Of a DNA stretch of 64,000 nucleotides, positions 26,609 through 35,980 are shown one piece after another. The DNA comes from an uncultured Lentisphaerota bacterium (GTDB lineage: Bacteria; Verrucomicrobiota; Kiritimatiellia; CAIQIC01): NCBI GenBank assembly GCA_903896925.1, contig CAITZM010000081.1:12111-76110 (forward strand). The letters are read 5' to 3'. Every line of letters begins with the position of its first letter. Position 1 is the first letter of the stretch. The position numbers and the translations under genes were made by a program. The notes under the pieces are model-generated. The model saw only the letters and a list, made by a program, of their open reading frames with translations, had not been told where the DNA came from and did not search any database.

Positions 26609-27502
26609 CAAAAGTCAGCACACGCCGTCCGGAACCTGAACCGACGTAATCTCCTCAAGAGCGCCCTCGGTGGCACCGCTGCGTTGTCGGCGCTGCGCGC
26701 TGGCGCCGCCGGGGGTTCCGCCCCGACGCAGGGTGGGGGGCGCATCAAGCAGACGGTTTGCCAGTGGTGCTACGGCAAGCAGACGAAGACCCCTGAGGAT
26801 CGGGAGAAGTTCTATGAAGCCGTCGCCGCGATGGGCATCAAGGGCGTGGACCTGACCGGGCCGGGCGACTGGCCGGCGATGAAAAAGCACGGGCTGGTCT
26901 GTTCGATGGTCCCCTCGCACGGCATCGGCAAGGGGTTCAACCGCAAGGAAAACCATGCCGGCTGCATCGAGGCCGTCAAGAAGGGCATCGACCAGGCCGC
27001 CGAGCACGGCTGGCAGAACGTCATCTGCTTCTCCGGCAACCGCGCGGGCCTGGGCGACGAAGAGGGCGCCAAGGTTTGCATCGAGGGCCTCAAGCAGGTC
27101 ATCGGCTATGCCGAGGAGAAGAAGGTCACGCTCTGCATGGAGCTGCTGAATTCCAAGCGCAACCACAAGGATTATCAGTGCGACCGTACCGCGTGGGGCG
27201 TGGCCGTCTGCAAGGGCGTCGGCAGCCCGCGCATGAAGCTGCTCTACGACATCTATCACATGCAGGTCCAGGAGGGCGATGTCATCGCCACGATCAAGGA
27301 AAGCATCCAGTACATCGGCCACTTCCACACCGCCGGGGTGCCGGGCCGCAACGAGATCGACGAGACGCAGGAGCTGGATTATCCGCCGATCATGCGCGCG
27401 ATCGTCGAGCTCAAATACGAGGGCTTCGTCGGCCAGGAGTTCATCCCCAAGCGGGATGCGCTCGCTTCGCTGGCGCAGGCCGTGAAGATCTGCGACGTGT
27501 GA
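26609..27502 (+). CDS. Tat-secreted xylose-isomerase-like TIM-barrel protein (hydroxypyruvate isomerase / sugar-phosphate epimerase family)
   Basis: Twin-arginine signal (NRRNLLKSALGGTAALSALRAGAA). TIM-barrel family pattern (E and H metal ligands, HFHTAG). Confidence 0.6.
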   Translation, partial: QKSAHAVRNLNRRNLLKSALGGTAALSALRAGAAGGSAPTQGGGRIKQTVCQWCYGKQTKTPEDREKFYEAVAAMGIKGVDLTGPGDWPAMKKHGLVCSMVPSHGIGKGFNRKENHAGCIEAVKKGIDQAAEHGWQNVICFSGNRAGLGDEEGAKVCIEGLKQVIGYAEEKKVTLCMELLNSKRNHKDYQCDRTAWGVAVCKGVGSPRMKLLYDIYHMQVQEGDVIATIKESIQYIGHFHTAGVPGRNEIDETQELDYPPIMRAIVELKYEGFVGQEFIPKRDALASLAQAVKICDV

Positions 27503-27630
27503 GCGGTCTGCCCGCCGCCGGGCTGTCCGGCGGCGGCCGGCGCGCCCGGGCCGGGTTTTCTGGGAGCTTGACCTAGGGCTGCTTGGCCTTATACTCCGCC
27601 GGCTGTTCGACCTACTGACAGGAGATCTAG

Positions 27631-28338
27631 ATGCCTACGAAAGACGAAAAGAAAACAGATGCCGTGAATCCGACGGTTTCGCCCTATGCCTTGGTCGTGG
27701 AGCTCGAAGGCGCTCTCACGGGCGGCCGGCGTACTCTGTTCGACACCCTCAAGAAGCTGCTCAAGAAGGAAAAGCTCAACCTCGACGAGGTGACCTTCAT
27801 GCGCCATGCCATCGTGCCCTCGCCGGTGGAGGCGATTCCGGAGCTGATCGCGGCGCTCGAGGGCGATGGCGTCTCCACCGACAAGATGCAGGCCGCGCTG
27901 CTCGAGGCGTTGAAGTCCGGCGAGGCCGCTTTCACCCCCGCGCCCGCCCTGCGCAAAATGATTGAAACCGCCAAGAAGCAGAACGTACCGGTTGTCGTTG
28001 TCTCGTGCCTGCCGGTCGAAGCCGCCGAGGCCGTGTTCCAGAAAACCGGCCTGGAAGAGCTGGGCGTGCAGCTGCATGTCGCCAAGAGCGCCAGCACATC
28101 CTGCCCCGGCAAGAAGGATTGGCAGGAGATCTGCCGCACGCTGACCCGCATCCCCCGCAACTGCTTTGCCCTCGTCGGCACCGGCGCCGCGTGCCACACC
28201 GCCTTGAGCGTGGACATGCGCGTCATCGCCATCGCCGACGAGTTCACGGCGGCGCAGGATTTCGGCGGCGCGGAAGCGGTCTGCGAGACGGTCGCCGACT
28301 TCACGGCCGACGATCTGTTTGCGCGCATGACGGCTTGA
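27631..28338 (+). CDS. HAD-like fold protein with motif I reading ELEG instead of DxDG
   Basis: hhhhELEGALT, a VVVVSC motif II and a late IADEF..D motif IV fit HAD topology. The nucleophile Asp is replaced by Glu. Confidence 0.35.
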   Translation: MPTKDEKKTDAVNPTVSPYALVVELEGALTGGRRTLFDTLKKLLKKEKLNLDEVTFMRHAIVPSPVEAIPELIAALEGDGVSTDKMQAALLEALKSGEAAFTPAPALRKMIETAKKQNVPVVVVSCLPVEAAEAVFQKTGLEELGVQLHVAKSASTSCPGKKDWQEICRTLTRIPRNCFALVGTGAACHTALSVDMRVIAIADEFTAAQDFGGAEAVCETVADFTADDLFARMTA

Positions 28339-28343
28339 GGCCG

Positions 28344-29228
28344 ATGAGCGCGCGCCGCCAGCCGCAGCCGACGCGCGCCCAGCGCGCCAGCGCGGAAGCC
28401 CTCGCCCAACTCCTGGCGCTCATGGCGCGCCTGCGCGCGCCCGGCGGGTGCCCGTGGGACCGCGAGCAGACGCACGCCAGCATCAAGCCGAACCTGATCG
28501 AGGAGAGCTATGAAACGCTCGACGCGATCGATTCCGGCGATCCCCGGAAACTGAAGGAAGAACTCGGCGACGTGCTGCTGCAGGTCGTCTTCCACGCGCA
28601 GATGGCCGCCGAGCGCAAGGCGTTCGACTTCGGCGATGTCGCCAAGGTTCTCGCCGCCAAGCTGGTCCGCCGCCATCCGCACGTCTTCGGCGCGGTCAAG
28701 GTCTCCGGCTCCGGCGAGGTCCTGAAGAACTGGGACCAGATCAAGCGCGGCGAGAAGAAAGCCGCCCAGGAATTTCCCTCCGTCGTGGCCGGCATCCCGC
28801 GCCACCTGCCCGCGCTGCTCAAGGCCGAGCAGGTCCAGCGCCGGGCCTCGCGGGTCGGGTTCGACTGGAAAACCATCGCGCCGGTAGCGGCGAAGGTGGA
28901 AGAGGAACTCGCCGAGGTCCGCCGCGCCGTCGCGCGCCGCCAGCCCGCGGAGGTGCGCGAGGAAATCGGCGACCTCCTGTTCGCCGTCGTCAACCTCGGC
29001 CGTTTCCTCGGGCACAGCGCCGAGGAGGCGCTCGACGGCACCATCAACAAGTTTATCCGCCGCTTCCAGGAGATCGAGCGCCGGCTCCATGCGGAAGACC
29101 GCGAGATGACCGCCTGCTCGCTCGCCGAGCTCGACGCGATCTGGGACCAGATCAAGTGCGAGGAGAAGCGGCAGAAGAAGACCCACCGCCAAGGCGCCAA
29201 GGCCGCCAAGGGCCGGAAGAAGAACTAG
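28344..29228 (+). CDS. mazG: nucleoside triphosphate pyrophosphohydrolase MazG
   Basis: Tandem MazG repeats: EESYETLDAID...ELGDVLLQVVFHAQ, then EEELAEVRRAV...EIGDLLFAVVNL. Confidence 0.8.
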   Translation: MSARRQPQPTRAQRASAEALAQLLALMARLRAPGGCPWDREQTHASIKPNLIEESYETLDAIDSGDPRKLKEELGDVLLQVVFHAQMAAERKAFDFGDVAKVLAAKLVRRHPHVFGAVKVSGSGEVLKNWDQIKRGEKKAAQEFPSVVAGIPRHLPALLKAEQVQRRASRVGFDWKTIAPVAAKVEEELAEVRRAVARRQPAEVREEIGDLLFAVVNLGRFLGHSAEEALDGTINKFIRRFQEIERRLHAEDREMTACSLAELDAIWDQIKCEEKRQKKTHRQGAKAAKGRKKN

Positions 29229-30475
29229 CGCCCCGACCGGGCGTCTGGACGGCTGGTTTTGGACGTCACCGCTTCCTTGCCGTACACCGCAAACCAGATC
29301 GTTCCCGCCGCGCCGAAGGCGGCCGCCGCCAGCAGGTTGATGAGCGGGGCCATGCTCCACAGCCACGCGCCGCCGAACGCGGCCAGCGCCACGATCACGT
29401 CGCGGATCAGGTAATACAGCCCGAACGTCGCCGCACGCGCGTCGGGGGGCGCGAGGTCGAGGATCATGGACTTGCGCGTCGGCTCGCCGAACTCCTTCAG
29501 CCCGCGCAACACAAACGCCACCACCAGCATGGGGAAGCTGCGCGAAAAGAGCAGCACCAGCGGGAACGCCGTGAAGAAGACGAAGGTGATGATCACGAAC
29601 GGCTTCTTCGCGCCGCGGTCGGCGAGCCGGGCCACCGGCAGGTAGATCAGCGCCGCCGTCGTCATCTCGATCGCCGTCAACACGCCGAACTGCAACGCGG
29701 TGATGCCGTGCAGCCGCATGGCCCAGACGATGACGAAGGCGTAGGGGATCTGCTCGCAGAAACGGATGAGGATGTCGGACACCAGCAGGCTGCGCAGCGC
29801 GGGATCGAAGCGCCGGAACAGGCGCAGCGGCGGCAGCGTTTCCCGGGGCGCGGCGGGCGGATCCTCCGGGATGAACGCGAGCACCAGCGCGATGCCCGCC
29901 AGGCACAGCACCGCGGCGATGCCGAAGGCGACGCGCAGGCCCGTCACGGTGCCGCAGCCCGCGATCAGCGCGCCGCCCAGCAAGGGGCCGAGCGCCATCG
30001 GGAGTCGGCGCACGAGCGAGTGCAGGCTGACGCCCGTCACGCGCTTGTGTTGCGGCAACACGCGGCCGACCAGGCTCATGATCGCCGGCAGCGTCACCGC
30101 CGACCAGGCGATGAAGAAGGTCGCGCCCAGCAGCACCGCCCACCACCGCGGCACCGCGAGCACGATGACGAAGCCGAGCAGCGCGACCAGGTTGAACGCG
30201 ACCAGCGCGCGGCGGTGGCCCCAGCGGTCGCTCGCCCAGCCGCCGGGCAGCGAATAGAGCGCGCCGAGCAGGTTCTGCAGGCCGCTGAGCGCTCCGATGA
30301 CGGAGTTGGTGCCGCCGAGCGCGAGCAGGTAGATCGGCAGGAACCGCTCGCCGATGCGCTCGCCCATGCCGACGCAGACGACCATGACGAGCATGGCGCT
30401 CATGCTGGCGTTCAGCCCGAGGTGCGCGGCCATCCGCCGCCAGCCTCCCGCGAGATGTCCGGTGCCTTCGGCCAT
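29225..30475 (-). CDS. MFS transporter
   Basis: 12 predicted TM helices. The MFS loop motif GxxSDRxGRR is present as GWASDRWGHRR. The stop overlaps the convergent mazG stop. Confidence 0.75.
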   Translation of the reverse strand: MAEGTGHLAGGWRRMAAHLGLNASMSAMLVMVVCVGMGERIGERFLPIYLLALGGTNSVIGALSGLQNLLGALYSLPGGWASDRWGHRRALVAFNLVALLGFVIVLAVPRWWAVLLGATFFIAWSAVTLPAIMSLVGRVLPQHKRVTGVSLHSLVRRLPMALGPLLGGALIAGCGTVTGLRVAFGIAAVLCLAGIALVLAFIPEDPPAAPRETLPPLRLFRRFDPALRSLLVSDILIRFCEQIPYAFVIVWAMRLHGITALQFGVLTAIEMTTAALIYLPVARLADRGAKKPFVIITFVFFTAFPLVLLFSRSFPMLVVAFVLRGLKEFGEPTRKSMILDLAPPDARAATFGLYYLIRDVIVALAAFGGAWLWSMAPLINLLAAAAFGAAGTIWFAVYGKEAVTSKTSRPDARSGR

Positions 30476-30590
30476 GCCCCCACTATGGCGCAGCGCGCGC
30501 ACTTTTCCAATGACGGATGGCCCGCGCGCGTTTCTTCGGCTTGCGGGGGGCGGAGGGCGGGAGTAGGCTCGCGCCCATGCAAGTCATTGT

Positions 30591-31262
30591 GTGGAGGCAA
30601 GCGTGAACGGGTTCAATGCGGTGGATATCGTGGCCGTGCTCTGGCTGCTGATCGGCCTGTGGCGCGGCGTGCGCCAGGGCCTGGCCGGCGCGCTGCTGCG
30701 CCTGCTGGCGGTCGGAGCGGCGGTGGGCGTGGGGTTGCTGGGCTATGCGTGGCTCGGCGAAAAAATGTCGGGCACGGGCCGGCTCGCGGGCGCCGCGAGC
30801 GACCTGCTCGCGTTTCTCCTCATCACGACCGCGGTCTATGCGGTGCTGCGCCTGCTCGGGCTGCTGCTCAAGAACACGGTGACGTTCGCGTTCAAGGGCA
30901 AGCTGGAACCGCTCGGCGGCGGCTTCGTCGGGCTGCTGGTCTCGGCCTGCGTCATCACCTTCGTGCTGCTGCTGGCGGGCCAGTGGCCCCAGCCGCAGAT
31001 GAAACAGTGGTTTGCCGAGGAGTCCTGGAGCGGGCGCCTGGTGGCGGAGCAGCTCGGCCCCGCGTGGCAACATCTGGAGAAAAAGTACCCGGCGCTCCGG
31101 CTGCCGGAAGGCCCCGCGGCGGAGCCGTCCGACAACATCCTCAAGGATGTGAAGGAGGACGCGGCGCAGGCGGCCGGGAAGACCGGCCAGGCCGTTGTGA
31201 AAAAAGCGAAGAAGGCGAAAAAGCACGTGAGCGACGCGGTGGTGGAAGGCAGCAAGAAGTAA
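30591..31262 (+). CDS. CvpA-family membrane protein
   Basis: Four TM helices and a lysine-rich C-terminal tail, as in colicin V production protein. Confidence 0.55.
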   Translation: MEASVNGFNAVDIVAVLWLLIGLWRGVRQGLAGALLRLLAVGAAVGVGLLGYAWLGEKMSGTGRLAGAASDLLAFLLITTAVYAVLRLLGLLLKNTVTFAFKGKLEPLGGGFVGLLVSACVITFVLLLAGQWPQPQMKQWFAEESWSGRLVAEQLGPAWQHLEKKYPALRLPEGPAAEPSDNILKDVKEDAAQAAGKTGQAVVKKAKKAKKHVSDAVVEGSKK

Positions 31263-31342
31263 AACCTGAGACCTGAAACCTGGGACCGGACAGCCATGGC
31301 GGCCGGGTGCCAGACCAGGCTGTTGAGTTCCGGATTGTTCCC

Positions 31343-33151
31343 ATGAGCGGCATCATTCCAAAAAATTTGATCGAGGACATCCGGGCGCGGTGCGACGTGG
31401 TGGAGGTGCTCGGGTCCTACCTCCAGCTCAAGCGCGCGGGCAACACCTTCCGCGCGCTCTGCCCGTTCCACAAGGAGAAGACGCCGTCCTTCCACGTCAA
31501 CCCGCAGCGCCAGATCTTCCACTGCTTCGGCTGCGGCGAGGGCGGCGATGTGTTCAAGTTCGTGATGAAGTACGAGAACGTGGATTTCGGGGCGGCGGCA
31601 CGGATCCTGGCGCAGCGCGCCGGCGTGCGCCTCGAGTTCGAGGAGTCCGGCCGCGAGCGCAGCCCGGGCGGCATCGAGAAGGACGCGCTTCTCCGGGTCC
31701 ACGAGGACGTCGCCCAGCTTTATCACCGCTGCCTGCTCGACGAGAAGCACGGCGCGGCGGCGCGCAAATACCTGGCCGGCCGCGAGCTCAGCCTGGAGAA
31801 CGCGCAGGACTTTCTCATCGGCTACGCGCCCGACCGCTGGGACACGCTGCTGCTCTGGGCCGAGAAGAAACAGGTGTCCGTCAAGCTGCTTGAGGCCGCC
31901 GGGCTGGTGGTGGCGAAGGAGGCGGGCGGCTACTACGACCGCTTCCGCAACCGCCTGATGTTCTCGATCCGCGACGAGCTCGGCCGCGTCATCGCCTTCA
32001 GCGGCCGCGTGATGAACCCGGACGAGAAGACGGCCAAGTACGTCAACAGCCCGGAGACGCTGCTGTTCAAGAAGGGCCGCCTCCTCTTCGCCCTGGACCG
32101 CGCGCGGCGCGCGATCGCCGACGAGCGCCGCGCCATTTTGTGCGAGGGCCAGATCGACTGCATCCGCTGCCACCTCGCGGGCTTCACCAACGTCGTCGCC
32201 TCGCAGGGCACGGCGCTGACGGAGGACCACGCCCGGCTGCTCAAGCGCTATGCCGACGAGGTGCTGATCGTGCTCGACGCCGACACCGCCGGCCAGAACG
32301 CCGCCTTGCGCGCGGCCGAGGTGCTGCTGGCCGCGGGGCTGAGCATCCGCATCGCCGCGCTGCCGGCCGGCGACGACCCGGACTCGCTGATCCGCAAGCA
32401 GGGGCGCGAGGCCTTCGAGCGCGTGCTGGCCGGCGCGGTGGGCGCGCTCGACTTTCAGGCCGGGCTGATGCGCGCCCGCGGCGAGCTCGACAGCGAGGCC
32501 GGCAAGAACCGCAGCGCCCGCGCGATGCTGGAACTGATCGCGCGCGCACCGACGGCGGTGCAGCGCGACCTGCTGCTCCACCAGGCGGCGGAACTGCTCC
32601 AGGTGTCCGAGGAGGCCTTGCGGCAGGACGCGCAGCGGGTGAACCGCCCGCCCCCGGTGCGCGCGCCCGAGGCGCCGCCGCCCGCGAAACCGGTGGCGCA
32701 TCCGCCGGGCGAGGTCAGCTTGCTCGAGCTGATCGTGCAACATCCGGACGTCGCGGCGGAGATCGAAAAATATCTGCCGCCGGAGCTGCTGACCGATGCC
32801 GACTGCCGCGCGATCTACCGGCAGCTGCGCGCCGCCCCCGAGGCGTTCAGCGCCGCGGTGACGGCGATGAGCGCGGAGTGCCAGCGGCTGGCCGCGCAGG
32901 TCCAGATGACGCCGACGCGGGTGATGGGCGGGGAGTTCACGCCGCTGCAGGCCGCGCGCGACCTGGTCCTGGCCATCGCCCGTGCGGCCCTCGAGCGGCA
33001 GCGCGTGGCGAAGAAGCAGCAGCGCGAAACCGCGACCGGGGCCGTTTTCGACCAGCTGACGCAGGAGATTTCCCAGCTGACGCTCGACCTCACGAACCTG
33101 CGGCAAGGCTGGGCGAAGGCGGAAATGATTCTCGCCTCGCTCGTCGTCTGA
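31343..33151 (+). CDS. dnaG: DNA primase
   Basis: Zinc ribbon CPFHKEKTPSF..CFGCG, then the TOPRIM domain (EGQIDCI, VLDADTAG). Confidence 0.85.
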   Translation: MSGIIPKNLIEDIRARCDVVEVLGSYLQLKRAGNTFRALCPFHKEKTPSFHVNPQRQIFHCFGCGEGGDVFKFVMKYENVDFGAAARILAQRAGVRLEFEESGRERSPGGIEKDALLRVHEDVAQLYHRCLLDEKHGAAARKYLAGRELSLENAQDFLIGYAPDRWDTLLLWAEKKQVSVKLLEAAGLVVAKEAGGYYDRFRNRLMFSIRDELGRVIAFSGRVMNPDEKTAKYVNSPETLLFKKGRLLFALDRARRAIADERRAILCEGQIDCIRCHLAGFTNVVASQGTALTEDHARLLKRYADEVLIVLDADTAGQNAALRAAEVLLAAGLSIRIAALPAGDDPDSLIRKQGREAFERVLAGAVGALDFQAGLMRARGELDSEAGKNRSARAMLELIARAPTAVQRDLLLHQAAELLQVSEEALRQDAQRVNRPPPVRAPEAPPPAKPVAHPPGEVSLLELIVQHPDVAAEIEKYLPPELLTDADCRAIYRQLRAAPEAFSAAVTAMSAECQRLAAQVQMTPTRVMGGEFTPLQAARDLVLAIARAALERQRVAKKQQRETATGAVFDQLTQEISQLTLDLTNLRQGWAKAEMILASLVV

Positions 33152-33358
33152 GCGCCGGCCGGCCGGCGGAACGTGGCGGCCCTCCCGCGGATGGTTTCCT
33201 TGTACCAGGGCCTTGGGATTCTCTGCGCCGCTGATTATTTGATTGATTGCCGGCCTGCCGGCAGGACATGATAGGCCACCATGTTTACCCAGAACAACAA
33301 CGCGCGTGCTCCCAGGTCTGCGCGGCCGGCGGGCGGGGCTTTCCAAGGTCTGGAAAAT

Positions 33359-35905
33359 ATGAGTTTATTATTTTCCAGGTTTAGAAAGCCGGCCTGGCTT
33401 CTGCTGGTGCTGTGGCCGGTCATGACGGGCGTCCGGGCTTGGGCCGCGGATGAGCAGCCGGAATATGGGCGGGCTGAAGCGGCGGCGGAGCAAGCCCCGG
33501 AACTTTACATCGACTCGCGTGAACTCCTGCAGCAGCTGGAGAAAGAGATCGCCCTCAGCAGCCGGCAGGAACTTCGGGAGGCCCTCCGCCACTACAAAGC
33601 CGGCGAACTGCCGGAGGCGATCGGGGCGTTGGAGGGCTTGCTGGAGCGCGACCCGACGGTGATGACGGCGTGGGACTTCCTCGGCCAAGCCTATTGGAAG
33701 GCTGGGCGGCCGGCGGACGCGTTCAAGTTGTGGGGCAATCTCAAGGTCATCAAGCCGGATTTTTTCCCGCTCTACAACTGGACCGGCCGGGGACACATGC
33801 TGCGGGGCGACTATCCGGCGGCCATCGAAGCTTTCCGCGCCAGCCTGCGGCTGCAGCCGATCCAGGACCGGGACAACACCAAGCTGAACCTCGCGCGGCT
33901 GCTGCGCTGGAGTGGCAACCTGGAGGAGGCGATCACGATGCTGCGGCCCCTGCATCAGGTCGCGCCCCAGAACCAGAGCATCACGCGCGACCTGGCCAGC
34001 GCCCTGCTCTCGAACCGCGAATATGACGAAGCGCTGCCGCTGTGGAGTGCGCTGCAGGCCGGCGAGCCCACGAACCTGTTCTTTCTGGCCAAGGAGGCCG
34101 TGGCTTTGCTGCACACCGGGCACATCACCGAAGCGGTGGCTGGAGCGCGGCGCGTGCTGGCGGAGGACCCCAACAGCCTGGATGCGCTCCGCATCATGGC
34201 GGACGAGACGCAGTTCCATGGCGCCCAGCGGGAGGAGGCGCTGGTCTGGTTGCGGCGGATGATCGATCAAACCACGGCCTTCAAGCTCAAGCGGCAACTA
34301 TCGTTGCGCTACGTGTTCCTGTATACGCAGCTCAAGGGCCAGGCTCCGGAACGTTTCCCCCTCGCCCGGCCGGCCGCCATGCTGGGCCAGCTGGTGGAGG
34401 CCGATCCCTTCGATGTGGATGTCATCATGGCTTATGCCGAAGTGCTCAGCGGCGACCAGCGGTACGCGGAGGCGCGGCAACAGCTGGAGCGTGTGCTCAA
34501 GGAGTTGAATCCCAACAGCGTCCGTGCCCAAAACAACCTGTTTGAAATGGCGCTGGAGGAAAAGAAGTTCCCTGAGGCGCTGGCGCACTATGAGCAGCGC
34601 GCCGCCTTTAACCCGGCGGATCCATATCTGCACTACATGCTGGCCCGCTGGCATGCCGCGCAAGGGCGGTATCCGGCCGCCCACCGGGAACTGGATCAAC
34701 TGGAGGCCGCGGGGCGCCGCGGCGCGGTGGCGGTGCTGCTCTACCATGGTCTGTCCTCCAGCGAGAACGGCGAAGTGCTGCCCGTGGCGCGGTTGCGCGA
34801 GCAGCTGGCGGGGCTCAAGCAGGCGGGTTTCCGCTTCATCGCGGCGCACGAGCTGCCGGCGTATTTCGCCAGGTGCGCCAAGCTGGCCGCGACGCTGGGC
34901 GAGCCCGACCTTGAGCGCGTCGCCTGCGTCACGTTTGACGATGCGCGGCGCGATTCGATGCGCTATGGCACGCCGCTCGGCACCGAGCTGAAAATACCGT
35001 TCTCCATGCATGTCCCCGTGGGCTACGTGTTGCAGCGGCACCCGTTCATCTGCACCTGGGAGATGCTGCGCGAATACCAGCAGGCGGGTTGCTGGCACTT
35101 CGGCGGGCACACCCTGTACGCACACGACCGCGTGCCGATCGACGCGGCGCAGCGCCTGGGCTTTGCGCTGCCCAACCATCTCTGGCTCGCGCCGGCCCAG
35201 CGGCTGGAAACGGACGCGGAGTATGCGGCGCGGCTGACGCGTGAATATGACGAGTGCCACGACCTGCTCATCCGGCAGCTCGGCCACACCAACGAGTGCA
35301 ACTTCTTCGCCTATCCCTTCGGGGACATCGGCCAGATCACGCGCAATAATGACAGCGCTGCGCCCCGCAAGAATCTGGAGCATGCCGCCCGTTCCTACGC
35401 GGTGGGCTTTATCCAGACCGGCTATGGCTATGCCGTCGCCGGCGACCACCCGCTGCTGCTGCAGCGCTATGAGCCCGACCGCAACGATTCCGCCGAGGCC
35501 GTGCTCGAACATGTGCTCGACAGGCATCCGGTCCAGTTGGCTCGCCGCTTGCGCGCCCAGTTTGCCGCCCTGGAGGATAAACGGCATCTGTTGTTGGGCA
35601 CCTTGCGCGCCATGCAGAAGGATGGATATCCGGAGCCGTTCTTCCAGAAGCTGGTTTTAGACCTCGAGGGGAAGCTCGGCCGCCACATCCCGGTGGCTGA
35701 AATCGAACGCGCCGAACCCGCGGCGCCCGTGAAGATCGCGCCGGAGGCGGCGCAGCCGCCCCCGAAACCGCCGGAAAAACCCGTTGCTGTCGTGATGCCG
35801 GCCCCGGCCGAAAAGCCGGTGGCACCCAGCCAGCCCAGGCGCCGGCCGGCGGATTTCGAGGCGGGACGGTCCGGCTTGCGCGATTTACACAATCCGTTGA
35901 AATAA
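33359..35905 (+). CDS. secreted TPR-repeat + polysaccharide deacetylase (CE4/NodB-like) protein, paralog 1
   Basis: Signal peptide, then at least 8 TPR-like repeats. Deacetylase-type domain follows (AVAVLLYHGL, VTFDDARRDS, FSMHVPVG, YPFGDIGQ). Pro/Ala-rich C-terminal tail. Confidence 0.65.
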   Translation: MSLLFSRFRKPAWLLLVLWPVMTGVRAWAADEQPEYGRAEAAAEQAPELYIDSRELLQQLEKEIALSSRQELREALRHYKAGELPEAIGALEGLLERDPTVMTAWDFLGQAYWKAGRPADAFKLWGNLKVIKPDFFPLYNWTGRGHMLRGDYPAAIEAFRASLRLQPIQDRDNTKLNLARLLRWSGNLEEAITMLRPLHQVAPQNQSITRDLASALLSNREYDEALPLWSALQAGEPTNLFFLAKEAVALLHTGHITEAVAGARRVLAEDPNSLDALRIMADETQFHGAQREEALVWLRRMIDQTTAFKLKRQLSLRYVFLYTQLKGQAPERFPLARPAAMLGQLVEADPFDVDVIMAYAEVLSGDQRYAEARQQLERVLKELNPNSVRAQNNLFEMALEEKKFPEALAHYEQRAAFNPADPYLHYMLARWHAAQGRYPAAHRELDQLEAAGRRGAVAVLLYHGLSSSENGEVLPVARLREQLAGLKQAGFRFIAAHELPAYFARCAKLAATLGEPDLERVACVTFDDARRDSMRYGTPLGTELKIPFSMHVPVGYVLQRHPFICTWEMLREYQQAGCWHFGGHTLYAHDRVPIDAAQRLGFALPNHLWLAPAQRLETDAEYAARLTREYDECHDLLIRQLGHTNECNFFAYPFGDIGQITRNNDSAAPRKNLEHAARSYAVGFIQTGYGYAVAGDHPLLLQRYEPDRNDSAEAVLEHVLDRHPVQLARRLRAQFAALEDKRHLLLGTLRAMQKDGYPEPFFQKLVLDLEGKLGRHIPVAEIERAEPAAPVKIAPEAAQPPPKPPEKPVAVVMPAPAEKPVAPSQPRRRPADFEAGRSGLRDLHNPLK

Positions 35906-35980
35906 AAAGCAACTCATGAGCGGACTTCCGCAGGGTAAACCAGGTTCGCAGCAGCAGGGCGCCAGAAAGCCCGGTGAGGG

